Assembly: GCA_021817145.1 (NCBI GenBank)
Contig: JAKAVV010000013.1
Span: forward strand, 3,141 to 67,140
DNA length: 64,000 nt
Direction: 5' to 3'
Source of the DNA: a bacterium
Lineage (GTDB): Bacteria > Vulcanimicrobiota > JABDET01
Notes under the pieces: generated by a model
Databases searched by the model: none
What the model saw: the letters and a program-made list of their open reading frames with translations, nothing else
Told to the model about the DNA's origin: nothing
Shown here: positions 1-8,718 of the stretch, piece by piece
Position numbering within the stretch: the stretch's first letter is position 1
How the letters are laid out: each line of letters starts with the position of its first letter
Program-made: the position numbers and the translations under genes

Positions 1-6
1 CATGCC

Positions 7-711
7 ATGGATTTCACCTTGTTTTTAGGACTTCTCTCAGCAGGAGCAGGAGCGTTTTTGATCTTTCAAGTTCGGGATTACAAACGGTTATTTGCGTTTT
101 CAACCATTGAACAAATGGGGATTATTTTAACCGCTTCAAGTCTTGGTTCTACAACAGGAATGGCAGGGGCTGTTTTCCAAATTTTTACCCATGCTCTGAC
201 AAAATCTTTCTGTTTTTATGCTGCAGGTTCTGTCCTTCTGGTCACAGGCACAAGAGAGATCTCTTCTATCAAAGGGCTGCTCCGTCAATCCCCGTATGCA
301 GGAACATCTTTATTGTTGGGAGGATTAGCCCTTTCCGGGTTTCCTCCATTCGCTCTGTTCATGAGTGAATTTTTCATTTTAAAAACATGGATTTTTGCCG
401 GTTATGATTGGATCAGCGGAGTTCTTGCGGTTTTTCTTCTGGCTGCTTTTATTGGGATCTTGTTTCATATCAATCGAATGGTTTTTGGGAAATCCGAGAA
501 TTCAAAAAAGTCATCCCTTCCTTTCCCATGCAAGCTTTCTCTATTGATTTCTGCGATTCCCGTTCTCTTATTTGGAATCTGGATCCCTCCTTTTCTGCAT
601 CATCTTTTACATGCAGCTTCCCTTAGTTTGGTTAGAGTGACTGTAGTGAAAACCCACCCATTAAGCCTCATGTGCCAGATGCATTCCTTTTATAGGAGAG
701 GTGAGCGATGA
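7..711 (+). CDS. hyfF: Hydrogenase-4 component F-like (HyfF / NuoL-M-N antiporter-like) membrane subunit, probably 5'-truncated by the window edge
   Basis: Hydrophobic proton-antiporter motifs YKRLFAFSTIEQMG, HALTKS and LALSGFPPFALFMSE; overlaps the start of the large-subunit gene (ATGA). Confidence 0.8.
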   Translation: MDFTLFLGLLSAGAGAFLIFQVRDYKRLFAFSTIEQMGIILTASSLGSTTGMAGAVFQIFTHALTKSFCFYAAGSVLLVTGTREISSIKGLLRQSPYAGTSLLLGGLALSGFPPFALFMSEFFILKTWIFAGYDWISGVLAVFLLAAFIGILFHINRMVFGKSENSKKSSLPFPCKLSLLISAIPVLLFGIWIPPFLHHLLHAASLSLVRVTVVKTHPLSLMCQMHSFYRRGER

Positions 712-2123
712 ATAAGATACAGCATGAGCAGTGTCCGCCAACAGAAATCCAAAAATTCTGCGAGAAAATACATAAATCAGGCTGCCAATTCGCTTCCTTA
801 ATAGCGGAAGAGATGGAAGCTGAATGGCTTTTGCATTACTGGTTTTACGGAAACGAATCTCAGGGACAGATCCTGGTTCATACCGCTCTGCAAAAGCCAG
901 AACACATTATTCCCAGCATCAGCCTTTCGATTCATGCCGCAGATTGGCATGAAAGAGAAATAGAGGATCTGTTTGGACTTGTTTTTGAAGGTCACCCGAA
1001 ATTAGGAGATTTTATTGTTCAGGCTGCAGGCTCTTTCTTAATGCCGATTGGACCTATTTATGGAGGAGGGTTCGAATCTTCCCATTTTCTTCTGGAAACA
1101 GTTGGAGAAGATGTGATTCACACCATTCGCCGTTTGTTCTATAAATATCGAGGAGTGGAAAAAATCGCGGAAAACAAAAGAATTGATCAGGTTCTTCAAC
1201 TCTCTGAACGGTATGCAGGAACATCCGCTTTCGCCCATTCTCTTGCTTTTTGTCAGGCTGTTGAACAAGCTTGCTTGATTAAAATTTCTGAACGAGCTGC
1301 GGGTTTAAGGATTTTTCTGGCTGAACTGGAACGTATTCGCCATCATATTGGAACCATTGAAAAAATCTGTGAATCCACAGGATTAGGAATTGCAGGCAGC
1401 CAAACCTCTCTTCTTCATGAAGACTGTTTAAGATTAACAGGAGAGCTTACAGGACACCGTTATTTCTTCGGGTTGAATACCCCAGGCGGCTTGCTCCGTG
1501 AATTTACAGATAGAGAGTGCGCTGAGAGTTTAAAAAAGTTAACCATTATCTTAAAACAGCTGCTTGAAATAGAGACCCTTTTAAAAAGAACCAGCAGTTT
1601 TCTGGACCGCCTGGAAGAGGTTGGAATTGTGTCTTTAAAAAACGCGGAGAAAGTGGGGCTTGTGGGTCCTGCAGCCAGAGCTTCAGGAGTTGAGCGAGAT
1701 TTAAGAGCCTGTCAGCCTTATGGGTTTTATGATCCAATTCAATTCTCTATTTCTTGTGAAAGCCAGGGGGATGGATATGCAAGACTCCGCATTCTTTTTT
1801 CTGAAGTGAGAGAATCTTTCCGAATCATGGAACAAATCTTGAAGATGCTCCCCAAAGGATCAGAGCTGCCAGAAAAGTTAGGAGAGCCAGAAAATGCCGA
1901 ATTTAAAGATGGAACAGGAATAGGATGGGTAGAAGCCCCTCTTGGAGCAGAGTTTCAATGGGTTCGAATCTCTGAAAAAGGGACGCTCGCCCGATATCGG
2001 ATCAGCCCCCCTTCTTTTGCGAATTGGCATGGATTTGATCTAGCTGCTGAAAATTTCGCTTTTCAAGATTTTCCAATTATCATGGCCACTTTCGGACTGT
2101 CAGTGGCTGAATGCGATCGATAA
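708..2123 (+). CDS. Group-4 hydrogenase-like large subunit (NuoC+NuoD-like fusion, EhrL/HyfG type) without NiFe-binding cysteines
   Basis: WHEREIEDLFGLVFEGHP (NuoC-like), YKYRGVEK, AELERIRHH, GPAARASG, VEAPLG. ERYAGTS replaces RxCGxC and the C-terminal FGLSVAECDR replaces DPCxxC. Confidence 0.85.
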   Translation: MNKIQHEQCPPTEIQKFCEKIHKSGCQFASLIAEEMEAEWLLHYWFYGNESQGQILVHTALQKPEHIIPSISLSIHAADWHEREIEDLFGLVFEGHPKLGDFIVQAAGSFLMPIGPIYGGGFESSHFLLETVGEDVIHTIRRLFYKYRGVEKIAENKRIDQVLQLSERYAGTSAFAHSLAFCQAVEQACLIKISERAAGLRIFLAELERIRHHIGTIEKICESTGLGIAGSQTSLLHEDCLRLTGELTGHRYFFGLNTPGGLLREFTDRECAESLKKLTIILKQLLEIETLLKRTSSFLDRLEEVGIVSLKNAEKVGLVGPAARASGVERDLRACQPYGFYDPIQFSISCESQGDGYARLRILFSEVRESFRIMEQILKMLPKGSELPEKLGEPENAEFKDGTGIGWVEAPLGAEFQWVRISEKGTLARYRISPPSFANWHGFDLAAENFAFQDFPIIMATFGLSVAECDR

Positions 2124-2137
2124 GTGGAGGAGGAAAA

Positions 2138-2689
2138 ATGTTTCAGTGGATTTTGCAAGGATTGAAAGCTGGAGTTAAAACTAAAGATTACTCCAGAGAA
2201 AGTGAGCTTTCTGCTGGAATCGCTCCAGAATTCCCAGAAAGTGAAACAGTGGAAAAACGAAAAATGAGAAAACTACCGAAAGCTTTTCAACACTCACTGA
2301 ATCTCTTTATTGTGGATACAGGGGACTGCGGCGCCTGCTTAAATGAAATAAAACGGTTAAACACTCCTTATTACAATTTTCATCATCTCGGCTTTTTCGT
2401 GACACCAACCCCAAGAAACGCGGATGTTCTTTTAATCATCGGTCCAATTGTCGAGCACATGAAATTACCATTAAAAAAAGCTTATGAGGCTATGCCTGAA
2501 CCTAAAAAAGTGATTGCTGTTGGAACCTGCCCTATTTCAGGATGCGTTTTTGGTCCAAGCTTTATTTCAAGCGGGGTGATTCCTTCTGATATTCCGGTTG
2601 ATCTTTCTGTTCCAGGATGTCCACCATCCCCTCTGGCAGTTTTAGATGCTTTAATGAAAATCGCGGGGAAAAACGAGATCCAGCCATGA
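2138..2689 (+). CDS. NuoB/HyfI-like Fe-S small subunit (EhrS type)
   Basis: DTGDCGACLNE, TPRNADVLL, AVGTCPISG and VPGCPPSP motifs; GGAGGAGG RBS before ATG 2138. Confidence 0.85.
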   Translation: MFQWILQGLKAGVKTKDYSRESELSAGIAPEFPESETVEKRKMRKLPKAFQHSLNLFIVDTGDCGACLNEIKRLNTPYYNFHHLGFFVTPTPRNADVLLIIGPIVEHMKLPLKKAYEAMPEPKKVIAVGTCPISGCVFGPSFISSGVIPSDIPVDLSVPGCPPSPLAVLDALMKIAGKNEIQP

Positions 2690-4791
2690 TATACCCCAAC
2701 CTCTTTTTCTATTTATTTTTAATTTTTTCTGGAATTGGAATGATTTTATCCATTCTTTTACCTATGGGAAAAAGACTGCAAGCCCTGGGATGGACAGGGG
2801 GATCCTCTGCTCTGACTCTGATTATATTAAGCGGTCTTATCCTTGCTGCTGGGGGAAATTTCAGGCTTTTCCATCTTCAAATTTGGAGATTTGGGATTGA
2901 CCCTTTTTCAGCTTGGTTTATTTTAATCACAGGACTTGTGTTCCTCCCTGTTTCAATTTTCTTAACAGAGCACAAGAAAAAAGCGGCGGGAAACTCCAGC
3001 TTGAAGTCCTTTGGAATCCTTTATCATGCCCTTCTCCTCTTTATCCCTCTTGTTTTCATGGCAAGAAATATTTTGTGTTTTCTTATTGTCTGGGAGATCA
3101 CGGCAGTCCTCAGTTATTTTCTCGTTCATGAAGGAGATGAACAAGGATCCAGCGCCCAGGCAGGGTACTTTATGCTGGTTTTCAGTGAAGCTGGTTTTTT
3201 CGCTTTCACCCTGGCTTTTTTATTAATTGCCGCAAGAGCAGACTCTCTTAATTTCGCAGCCATGGAAAAAATACACTTAAGCGCGGATCTGCAGTGGGTT
3301 GTTTTTCTCCTTTCATTTATCGGGTTTGGGATAAAAGCTGGAATCCTCCCCTTTAATCTATGGATTCCTAGGACATACAAACAAGCCTCTGAACCATTCC
3401 CCTTGATCTCCTCAGGAACTATGACAAACCTTGGGATTTACGGAATTTTACTCATCAATTTAAAATTTGCCCCCTTGCGCGCCCCTGGACCAGGATTGGT
3501 TCTACTGGTGTTTGGAGCAGTCACCGCTTTTCTCGGAATCGTGTATGCAGCCATTGAAAAGGATCTGCAAGAAATGCTTGCCCACAGCACGATTGAAAAT
3601 ATGGGGATTGCCCTGTGCGGATTTGGAGCAGGGTTTGTGTTCCTGGCAGAAAAATTTCCTGTTTTAGCAGCTATTGCGTTTACTGCTGGCTTTTATCATT
3701 TACTCAATCATTCCATTTATAAATCTCTTTTATTTATGGGAACAGGAAATATAATCTCAAAAACAGGGGTTCAAAACAGCGACAAACTGGGAGGACTGAT
3801 TAAAAGTATGCCGTGGACAGCTGCTTTCTTTTTAATCGGATCTCTGGCGATTTCAGCGATCCCTCCGTTTAACGGGTTTGTAAGCGAATGGCTGACTCTG
3901 CAGTCCCTGCTGCAGTCTTTTTCCCTTGAATCTCACTCTGTTAAACTGATCTTTGCTCTTTCAGGGGCGCTGCTGGCTCTAACAGCAGCCCTTGCTGCAA
4001 CCTGTTTTGTCAAAGGATTCGGAATGAATTTCTTAGGAGTTCCAAGAAGTCTTGAAGCAGAAAAAAGTCATGAAGCTGGAAAAGCCTCTTTGTTCTCTAT
4101 GGGGTTTTTAGCTCTGCTCTGTCTTTTTTTAGGAATTGCTCCAACTTATGTGATTCCTGTTATCAGCCGCATGATTCAACCTTACGTCAGTGCTAGCTCA
4201 ACTCAAGCTTTAGTTCCAAATTTTTTCCATCCAAAATCTTTAAATCCTGGCTTTGTTTCCACTTTTCATCGTCTAGGAGCCCAGGTCGGAAAATCGATTC
4301 TTCCAGGAAGAGGGCTGGTGGTTCTTCATCAAGGATTATCAAGAAACCCTGTTGTTTTTGCGATGTCAACTTCTTATGGGTTTCTCATCCTGCTCTTTCT
4401 TCTTGGGATCGCCTTTGGAATTGTATGGATTTTTACTCGTCAGAGAAAAGTTTCAAGGAAAGAAGTCTGGGCAGGCGGAATTCGAAGCCTTGTTCCAGAA
4501 ATGACTTATACAGCCAGCGGCTTTTCAAATCCAGTGAGCGTGATCTTCCAGGGAATTCTTCATCCCACCCAAACAAAAGAAACCAGAGAAGAGATTGCGG
4601 AACATTTTAGAACAGCCATTCGAATTGAAAAGCCGTCTATTCATTTAATGGATTACTGGATAATAACCCCTTTTTCTCAGGGATTAAAATTTATCAGCAT
4701 GGGATTAGGAAAGATGCACACAGGTAAATTAAATGCTTATGCAGCCTATATTTTTATCACTTTATTAATTTTACTCTTTTTGGCAAGATAA
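2686..4791 (+). CDS. hyfB: Hydrogenase-4 component B-like (HyfB) membrane subunit
   Basis: FGIKAGILPFNLWIP, LAHSTIENMG, NHSIYKSLLF, AIPPFNGFVSEW and MTYTASGFSNP; ATGA overlap with the upstream gene. Confidence 0.85.
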   Translation: MIYPNLFFYLFLIFSGIGMILSILLPMGKRLQALGWTGGSSALTLIILSGLILAAGGNFRLFHLQIWRFGIDPFSAWFILITGLVFLPVSIFLTEHKKKAAGNSSLKSFGILYHALLLFIPLVFMARNILCFLIVWEITAVLSYFLVHEGDEQGSSAQAGYFMLVFSEAGFFAFTLAFLLIAARADSLNFAAMEKIHLSADLQWVVFLLSFIGFGIKAGILPFNLWIPRTYKQASEPFPLISSGTMTNLGIYGILLINLKFAPLRAPGPGLVLLVFGAVTAFLGIVYAAIEKDLQEMLAHSTIENMGIALCGFGAGFVFLAEKFPVLAAIAFTAGFYHLLNHSIYKSLLFMGTGNIISKTGVQNSDKLGGLIKSMPWTAAFFLIGSLAISAIPPFNGFVSEWLTLQSLLQSFSLESHSVKLIFALSGALLALTAALAATCFVKGFGMNFLGVPRSLEAEKSHEAGKASLFSMGFLALLCLFLGIAPTYVIPVISRMIQPYVSASSTQALVPNFFHPKSLNPGFVSTFHRLGAQVGKSILPGRGLVVLHQGLSRNPVVFAMSTSYGFLILLFLLGIAFGIVWIFTRQRKVSRKEVWAGGIRSLVPEMTYTASGFSNPVSVIFQGILHPTQTKETREEIAEHFRTAIRIEKPSIHLMDYWIITPFSQGLKFISMGLGKMHTGKLNAYAAYIFITLLILLFLAR

Positions 4792-4935
4792 TGAGCTCAT
4801 TCAAAAAAGGGACCTTTATTGGGGATGAATGGAATCGAAAATTGAAATCAATTTTTCTCACTTTCTTTTCATTAATAATAACTTATCATTTCAATTTTGT
4901 TAATATCTAATAATTTAAAATTAGCGCAAAAATAA

Positions 4936-4964
4936 TTGACTTTTGATTTTTATTATGATAAAAT
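4936..4964 (+). promoter_or_regulatory. Sigma70-type promoter for the toxin-antitoxin pair
   Basis: TTGACT-N17-TAAAAT with an extended -10 TG, in an AT-rich intergenic region. Confidence 0.6.
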
Positions 4965-4994
4965 ATACTTAAAGAAAGAGGAAAAAGAGTAAAA

Positions 4995-5276
4995 ATGAAA
5001 ACCCTTCCTAAAGTAGAAAAAGAAAATATTGTTAGAATTCTGGAGCGGCTCAATGCAGCAGAACGAATTCTCATCGTAAAACAAAAGAATGGTCGACTCA
5101 GGTTTTATGATCCGCAAAAATATTATGAACACAATGCCTATTTAAAAAAAGCTGTTAAAGAATGGAAGCCGTGGAAAAAAAGAGAGAAATCTCCAGATTC
5201 TATGATTGAAGCTGTTGAACTCGGTTCTTCCAGCAATTTGTCTCGAACAGAAATTTACGGCGATCTTCAGCCTTAA
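4995..5276 (+). CDS. Putative antitoxin partner of the PIN toxin
   Basis: Small gene 2 bp upstream of the PIN gene; C-terminal LSRTEIY resembles the tail of PIN-associated antitoxins. Confidence 0.55.
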   Translation: MKTLPKVEKENIVRILERLNAAERILIVKQKNGRLRFYDPQKYYEHNAYLKKAVKEWKPWKKREKSPDSMIEAVELGSSSNLSRTEIYGDLQP

Positions 5277-5278
5277 AA

Positions 5279-5728
5279 ATGAAAAAGGTCGAATTTTTTG
5301 GCTTGGACACCAATATTCTGGTTTTCGCGTACGATTTGTCCAGCCCCAATCATGACAAAGCCAAGGCTATTTTAGAGGACGCCTTAAAAGGAGTTCGTAA
5401 AGTTTGCCTTTCTCATCAAGTTTTACGAGAATATTTTTCAGTTGTCACAAGAAAAGTAGAAAAGCCTTTAACCCCTCAAGAAGCGGCAAAAAGGGTCCTG
5501 TTTTTAAACCGTTCAAGACGAATAAAGAAAATTTATCCAAAGCGTTCTACTCTAAGAAGATGTATTGAATTTTGCTCAACCAGCAATATAAAAGGGGCCT
5601 TGGTTTTCGACTTGTTTTACGCCATGACTCTTGTTGATAATCATGTCCCCTATCTTTACACGCACAATGTTAAAGATTTCTTGTTTTTAAAGTCTCTTAA
5701 ACCCATTGATCCATTTCTGGAAGAATAG
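5279..5728 (+). CDS. PIN-domain (VapC-like) ribonuclease toxin
   Basis: LDTNILVFAYD, QVLREYFSVVT, VFDLFYA and THNVKDF carry the PIN acidic residues. Confidence 0.85.
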   Translation: MKKVEFFGLDTNILVFAYDLSSPNHDKAKAILEDALKGVRKVCLSHQVLREYFSVVTRKVEKPLTPQEAAKRVLFLNRSRRIKKIYPKRSTLRRCIEFCSTSNIKGALVFDLFYAMTLVDNHVPYLYTHNVKDFLFLKSLKPIDPFLEE

Positions 5729-5792
5729 CGAGGTTCCACTGTCCCAGGCAGCGCCTCATGAAAAAATAAAATATCGAACCGCTTCTGCGAAG
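5727..5792 (+). pseudogene. Short remnant of a class I SAM methyltransferase paralogous to 7392..8132
   Basis: Reads SEVPLSQAAPHEKIKYRTASA versus SREQLSQAAHHEKIEYHLASA at ~7584-7650; DNA similarity is visible by eye. Confidence 0.7.
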
Positions 5793-5892
5793 CAGAAGGT
5801 TTTACTTGATTCTGAGATAAAGTTTAATTTTATGGAAATGCATTACGAGACACACCTTCTGGATGAAAGGATCGGGAAAAAAAGGAGACATC

Positions 5893-6089
5893 ATGCCTAT
5901 TATTGTTGGATCAGAAGTTGAAACTTATCTTTATCAAATGCTTCCCGAACGAGATGCTGTTCTCACGAAAATGGAAGAAACTGGGTAAAAGCGATTCAAG
6001 AATTTAACAGACTGATTTACACAACTCCAGGGTTATTGACAACAATTATTCCGCTGCGAGATGGGGTTTCAGTCAGTCTGAAGATATAA
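5893..6089 (+). pseudogene. O-methyltransferase (Methyltransf_3 / YrrM-like) pseudogene with a large internal deletion
   Basis: AAGGAG RBS, N-terminal MPIIVGSEVETYLYQMLPERDAVLTKMEETG*, then in a shifted frame the family C-terminus VKAIQEFNRLIYTTPGLLTTIIPLRDGVSVSLKI*. Confidence 0.7.
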
Positions 6090-6100
6090 TTGCTGCTGTA

Positions 6101-7123
6101 TTAAGAGATCTGCTTATTTCGTAAATTCTCAATTTCATCTCTTAACTTTTCAATTGTCTTCTGACTCATTTCTACTTCTGCTTTCTGCCCGCTTAACTGC
6201 AGCTCAAGCGTTTTCTTGGCTTCAAGAACTTCCCACAATTTAAACTTTAAAGACGCTGCTTCACTGCTTTTTTCATTTAACTGATGGAGCAGCTCTTTGG
6301 ACCGCAGTTCCAGCCTTTTATTCTGAAACTCCAGCAGATCTCTTTCTGTTGGAGTTTCCTTCTCATGAGAAACAGATGGCTCAGAATGACTTTGTATTTT
6401 TTCTACTTTTATAGAGCCGCAGAATTTCCCCTTTTGATTAGAAAAAAGCCCTGGCGCTCCTGTTAGAAGATTCAAAACAAGAGCAGCTGCATCAATCTCT
6501 TCAGGAGTAAAAGGTCTCTTGTTTTTCCAGCCATTTTTGCCGCGAAAAGACTCAAGCTCTTTCTTTAGGTTTTCGAATCGAGAAATCGCATGATGAATAA
6601 GCTGTTTTATTCCTGGATTATTTTTGTGAAGCTGCATCAAAAGCTGCAAGTGGGGAACACAAATCCCATCGGATTGAGAATAAGCCCGATGAAACTCTGG
6701 ATCCTCGATAAAATCCAGGAGAGTTTTCAGGTATCGTTTTTCTGAGTCAACCACTTCTCTACAGAAGATACAGGGCGTTTGCAAAAAAAAAGCGCTTTTA
6801 CCAAAGCCCCCTCTCCACTTTGAAAATTTTAAAGAGGAAGAGGTTAAATTTTTCAGTTTTTCGATGAGCAGTTCTAAAATGTCGGCATAAAGAATTGAGA
6901 TTCCAAAAGCCGAATCCTGAATCTCTTTTAAAATTGAAGCATGCCAGGCACAGGGTCCAAAAGATTCATGGATTTGAGATCTCAACTCTGGATCATTCAC
7001 GTTTTCATAAAGGAAGTTTTTCATCTGTTTTCTCGCGTCTTCCTCCACACACACACAGACAGGACACCCCTTTTTGTTAAAAGCTTCTACAAGGGTAAAA
7101 TATCCGATAAATTTTTTATTCAT
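6101..7123 (-). CDS. DUF6062-like Cys/His metal-binding protein with a C-terminal coiled coil
   Basis: Duplicated CPVC...CAWH and CIFC...CVPH motifs, YENVNDP; heptad-rich last ~90 aa; GGGAG RBS before ATG 7123. Confidence 0.65.
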   Translation of the reverse strand: MNKKFIGYFTLVEAFNKKGCPVCVCVEEDARKQMKNFLYENVNDPELRSQIHESFGPCAWHASILKEIQDSAFGISILYADILELLIEKLKNLTSSSLKFSKWRGGFGKSAFFLQTPCIFCREVVDSEKRYLKTLLDFIEDPEFHRAYSQSDGICVPHLQLLMQLHKNNPGIKQLIHHAISRFENLKKELESFRGKNGWKNKRPFTPEEIDAAALVLNLLTGAPGLFSNQKGKFCGSIKVEKIQSHSEPSVSHEKETPTERDLLEFQNKRLELRSKELLHQLNEKSSEAASLKFKLWEVLEAKKTLELQLSGQKAEVEMSQKTIEKLRDEIENLRNKQIS

Positions 7124-7391
7124 ACTTGGTATTCTCCCTATCAATTATTTTTTGCATCATCTTCCTTTGGATTACAGCAAGACGAGAAATGAACTGCTTG
7201 AGATCGGTAAATGAAAGAATCACTGCCCTCCTTTTCTTCCTACAAAAACAAGTAACAGCCTTATGATGGATCTCTTCGAGTGAAAATTCTATTTTCTCTT
7301 GATTTATCATCTCTACTGATGCGCCCTATTGATGCAGTTTGCCATTATCAAGAAAGGAAAGTGACTGCAGGAAGTAAAGATTATTCACTGG

Positions 7392-8132
7392 ATGTTTAAA
7401 GACCATTTTTCAAAAGTGGCTGATCGTTACGCAAAATATCGTCCCCAATATCCTGGTGCATTGTTTCGGTATCTCGCATCCCTTCCCCCAGAACATGATC
7501 TGGCATGGGACTGCGCGACTGGTAACGGTCAGGCTGCAGTAGGGCTTGCTCCTTATTTCAAGAAGATCGCTGCAGCGGATTTAAGCAGAGAGCAATTGTC
7601 CCAAGCAGCACATCATGAAAAGATAGAATACCATCTTGCTTCTGCAGAAGATTCAGGGATTGAAGCTGGATCTGTAGATCTCATCACAGTGGCAAATGCA
7701 GCGCACTGGTTTAATCTGGAACTTTTTTATCGGGAAGCAGAAAGAGTTTTGAAACCTGAAGGGAAGATTGCGGTTTGGTGCTATCTTCACTCGGGAATAA
7801 CAGAAGAGATAGACAGAATCGTAAAAAATTACGCTCATAAAATCCTTCAATCGTACTGGCCTCCTGAGAGAAAATATGTGGAAGAAAAATATCGAACCCT
7901 CCCTTTCCCATTCAAAGAGGTGAAAACTCCTGAGTTTAAGATTCAGCTGCAGTGGGATTTTTTTAATTTTACAGGGTATCTTAAAACCTGGTCGGCTTCT
8001 CAGCGGTATCTGGAGCAGCAAAAAAAAGATCCTCTTGAATTAATCGAAAAAGAGCTCAAAAAAGCATGGGGAAAGCTAGAAACCCTTCATGAAGTTTCAT
8101 GGAACATTTATCTTCGAGCAGGAGGAAAATAA
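7392..8132 (+). CDS. Class I SAM-dependent methyltransferase
   Basis: FKDHFS..A..YAKYRPQYP, AWDCATGNGQAA and DLITVANAAHWF. Confidence 0.9.
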   Translation: MFKDHFSKVADRYAKYRPQYPGALFRYLASLPPEHDLAWDCATGNGQAAVGLAPYFKKIAAADLSREQLSQAAHHEKIEYHLASAEDSGIEAGSVDLITVANAAHWFNLELFYREAERVLKPEGKIAVWCYLHSGITEEIDRIVKNYAHKILQSYWPPERKYVEEKYRTLPFPFKEVKTPEFKIQLQWDFFNFTGYLKTWSASQRYLEQQKKDPLELIEKELKKAWGKLETLHEVSWNIYLRAGGK

Positions 8133-8163
8133 AAAGCTGAAATCTAGCTTACGCCCATGACTC

Positions 8164-8442
8164 TTATAGGTTTTTATTGGCAATTTGACGGTTGGTCCAG
8201 CCTGCCATTCTCAAAGACTTCCAAACCGAATCATTTTTGTGTCCGGGCCAGGACTGCACTGTTACCGTGGTATAATCAGAATGCTCAAACAAATCGCATA
8301 CTCTTAATTCACTAGCTGCTGATCCAATTCCAAGTCCAACAGCAAAAGCCCCTGCAGCAACAGCTGCCAAAATTTTCTTTTTACTTATTTTTTTTGAATG
8401 ACAGCCCCCTGAACTCTTTTCCATTCCTGTAATCGAACTCAT
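8164..8442 (-). CDS. Small orphan protein with one hydrophobic segment
   Basis: Strong AAGGAGGAG RBS; Ser/Gly-rich N-terminus, basic patch, then ILAAVAAGAFAVGLGIG. Confidence 0.6.
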   Translation of the reverse strand: MSSITGMEKSSGGCHSKKISKKKILAAVAAGAFAVGLGIGSAASELRVCDLFEHSDYTTVTVQSWPGHKNDSVWKSLRMAGWTNRQIANKNL

Positions 8443-8681
8443 GATATTCTACTCCTCCTTTGCGCATTACTGTAACCTTAGAATACGACATAACCATTAA
8501 TTCACCATTAAATGAAAGTTAAAAAAACATTATGCAAAGGATCAGATTGTAACCAAAGTGTCAACACTTCTCATAATTTCAGGATACCATAACTGTTTTA
8601 GCCAATGAGTAATTGTGGAGACCAGGGGTGAAGAATGAATAAATGGGGATCCTCTATTTAAAAGAATTAACAATTTATTCA

Positions 8682-8710
8682 TAGACGGATAGAGGTCTAT
8701 TCTCTATACT
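8682..8710 (+). promoter_or_regulatory. Sigma70-type promoter of 8719..9456 (leaderless or very short leader)
   Basis: TAGACG-N17-TATACT, with the ATG 8 nt after the -10 box. Confidence 0.45.
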
Positions 8711-8718
8711 AGAAGAGC

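Noticed and set aside
708-2123. Active NiFe hydrogenase
   Set aside because: Both CxxC metal-binding motifs are absent.
5706-5921. 71-aa protein
   Set aside because: A chance frame running through a methyltransferase remnant and intergenic DNA.
7116-7310. 64-aa ORF upstream of the DUF6062-like gene
   Set aside because: No recognisable motif and no convincing RBS.
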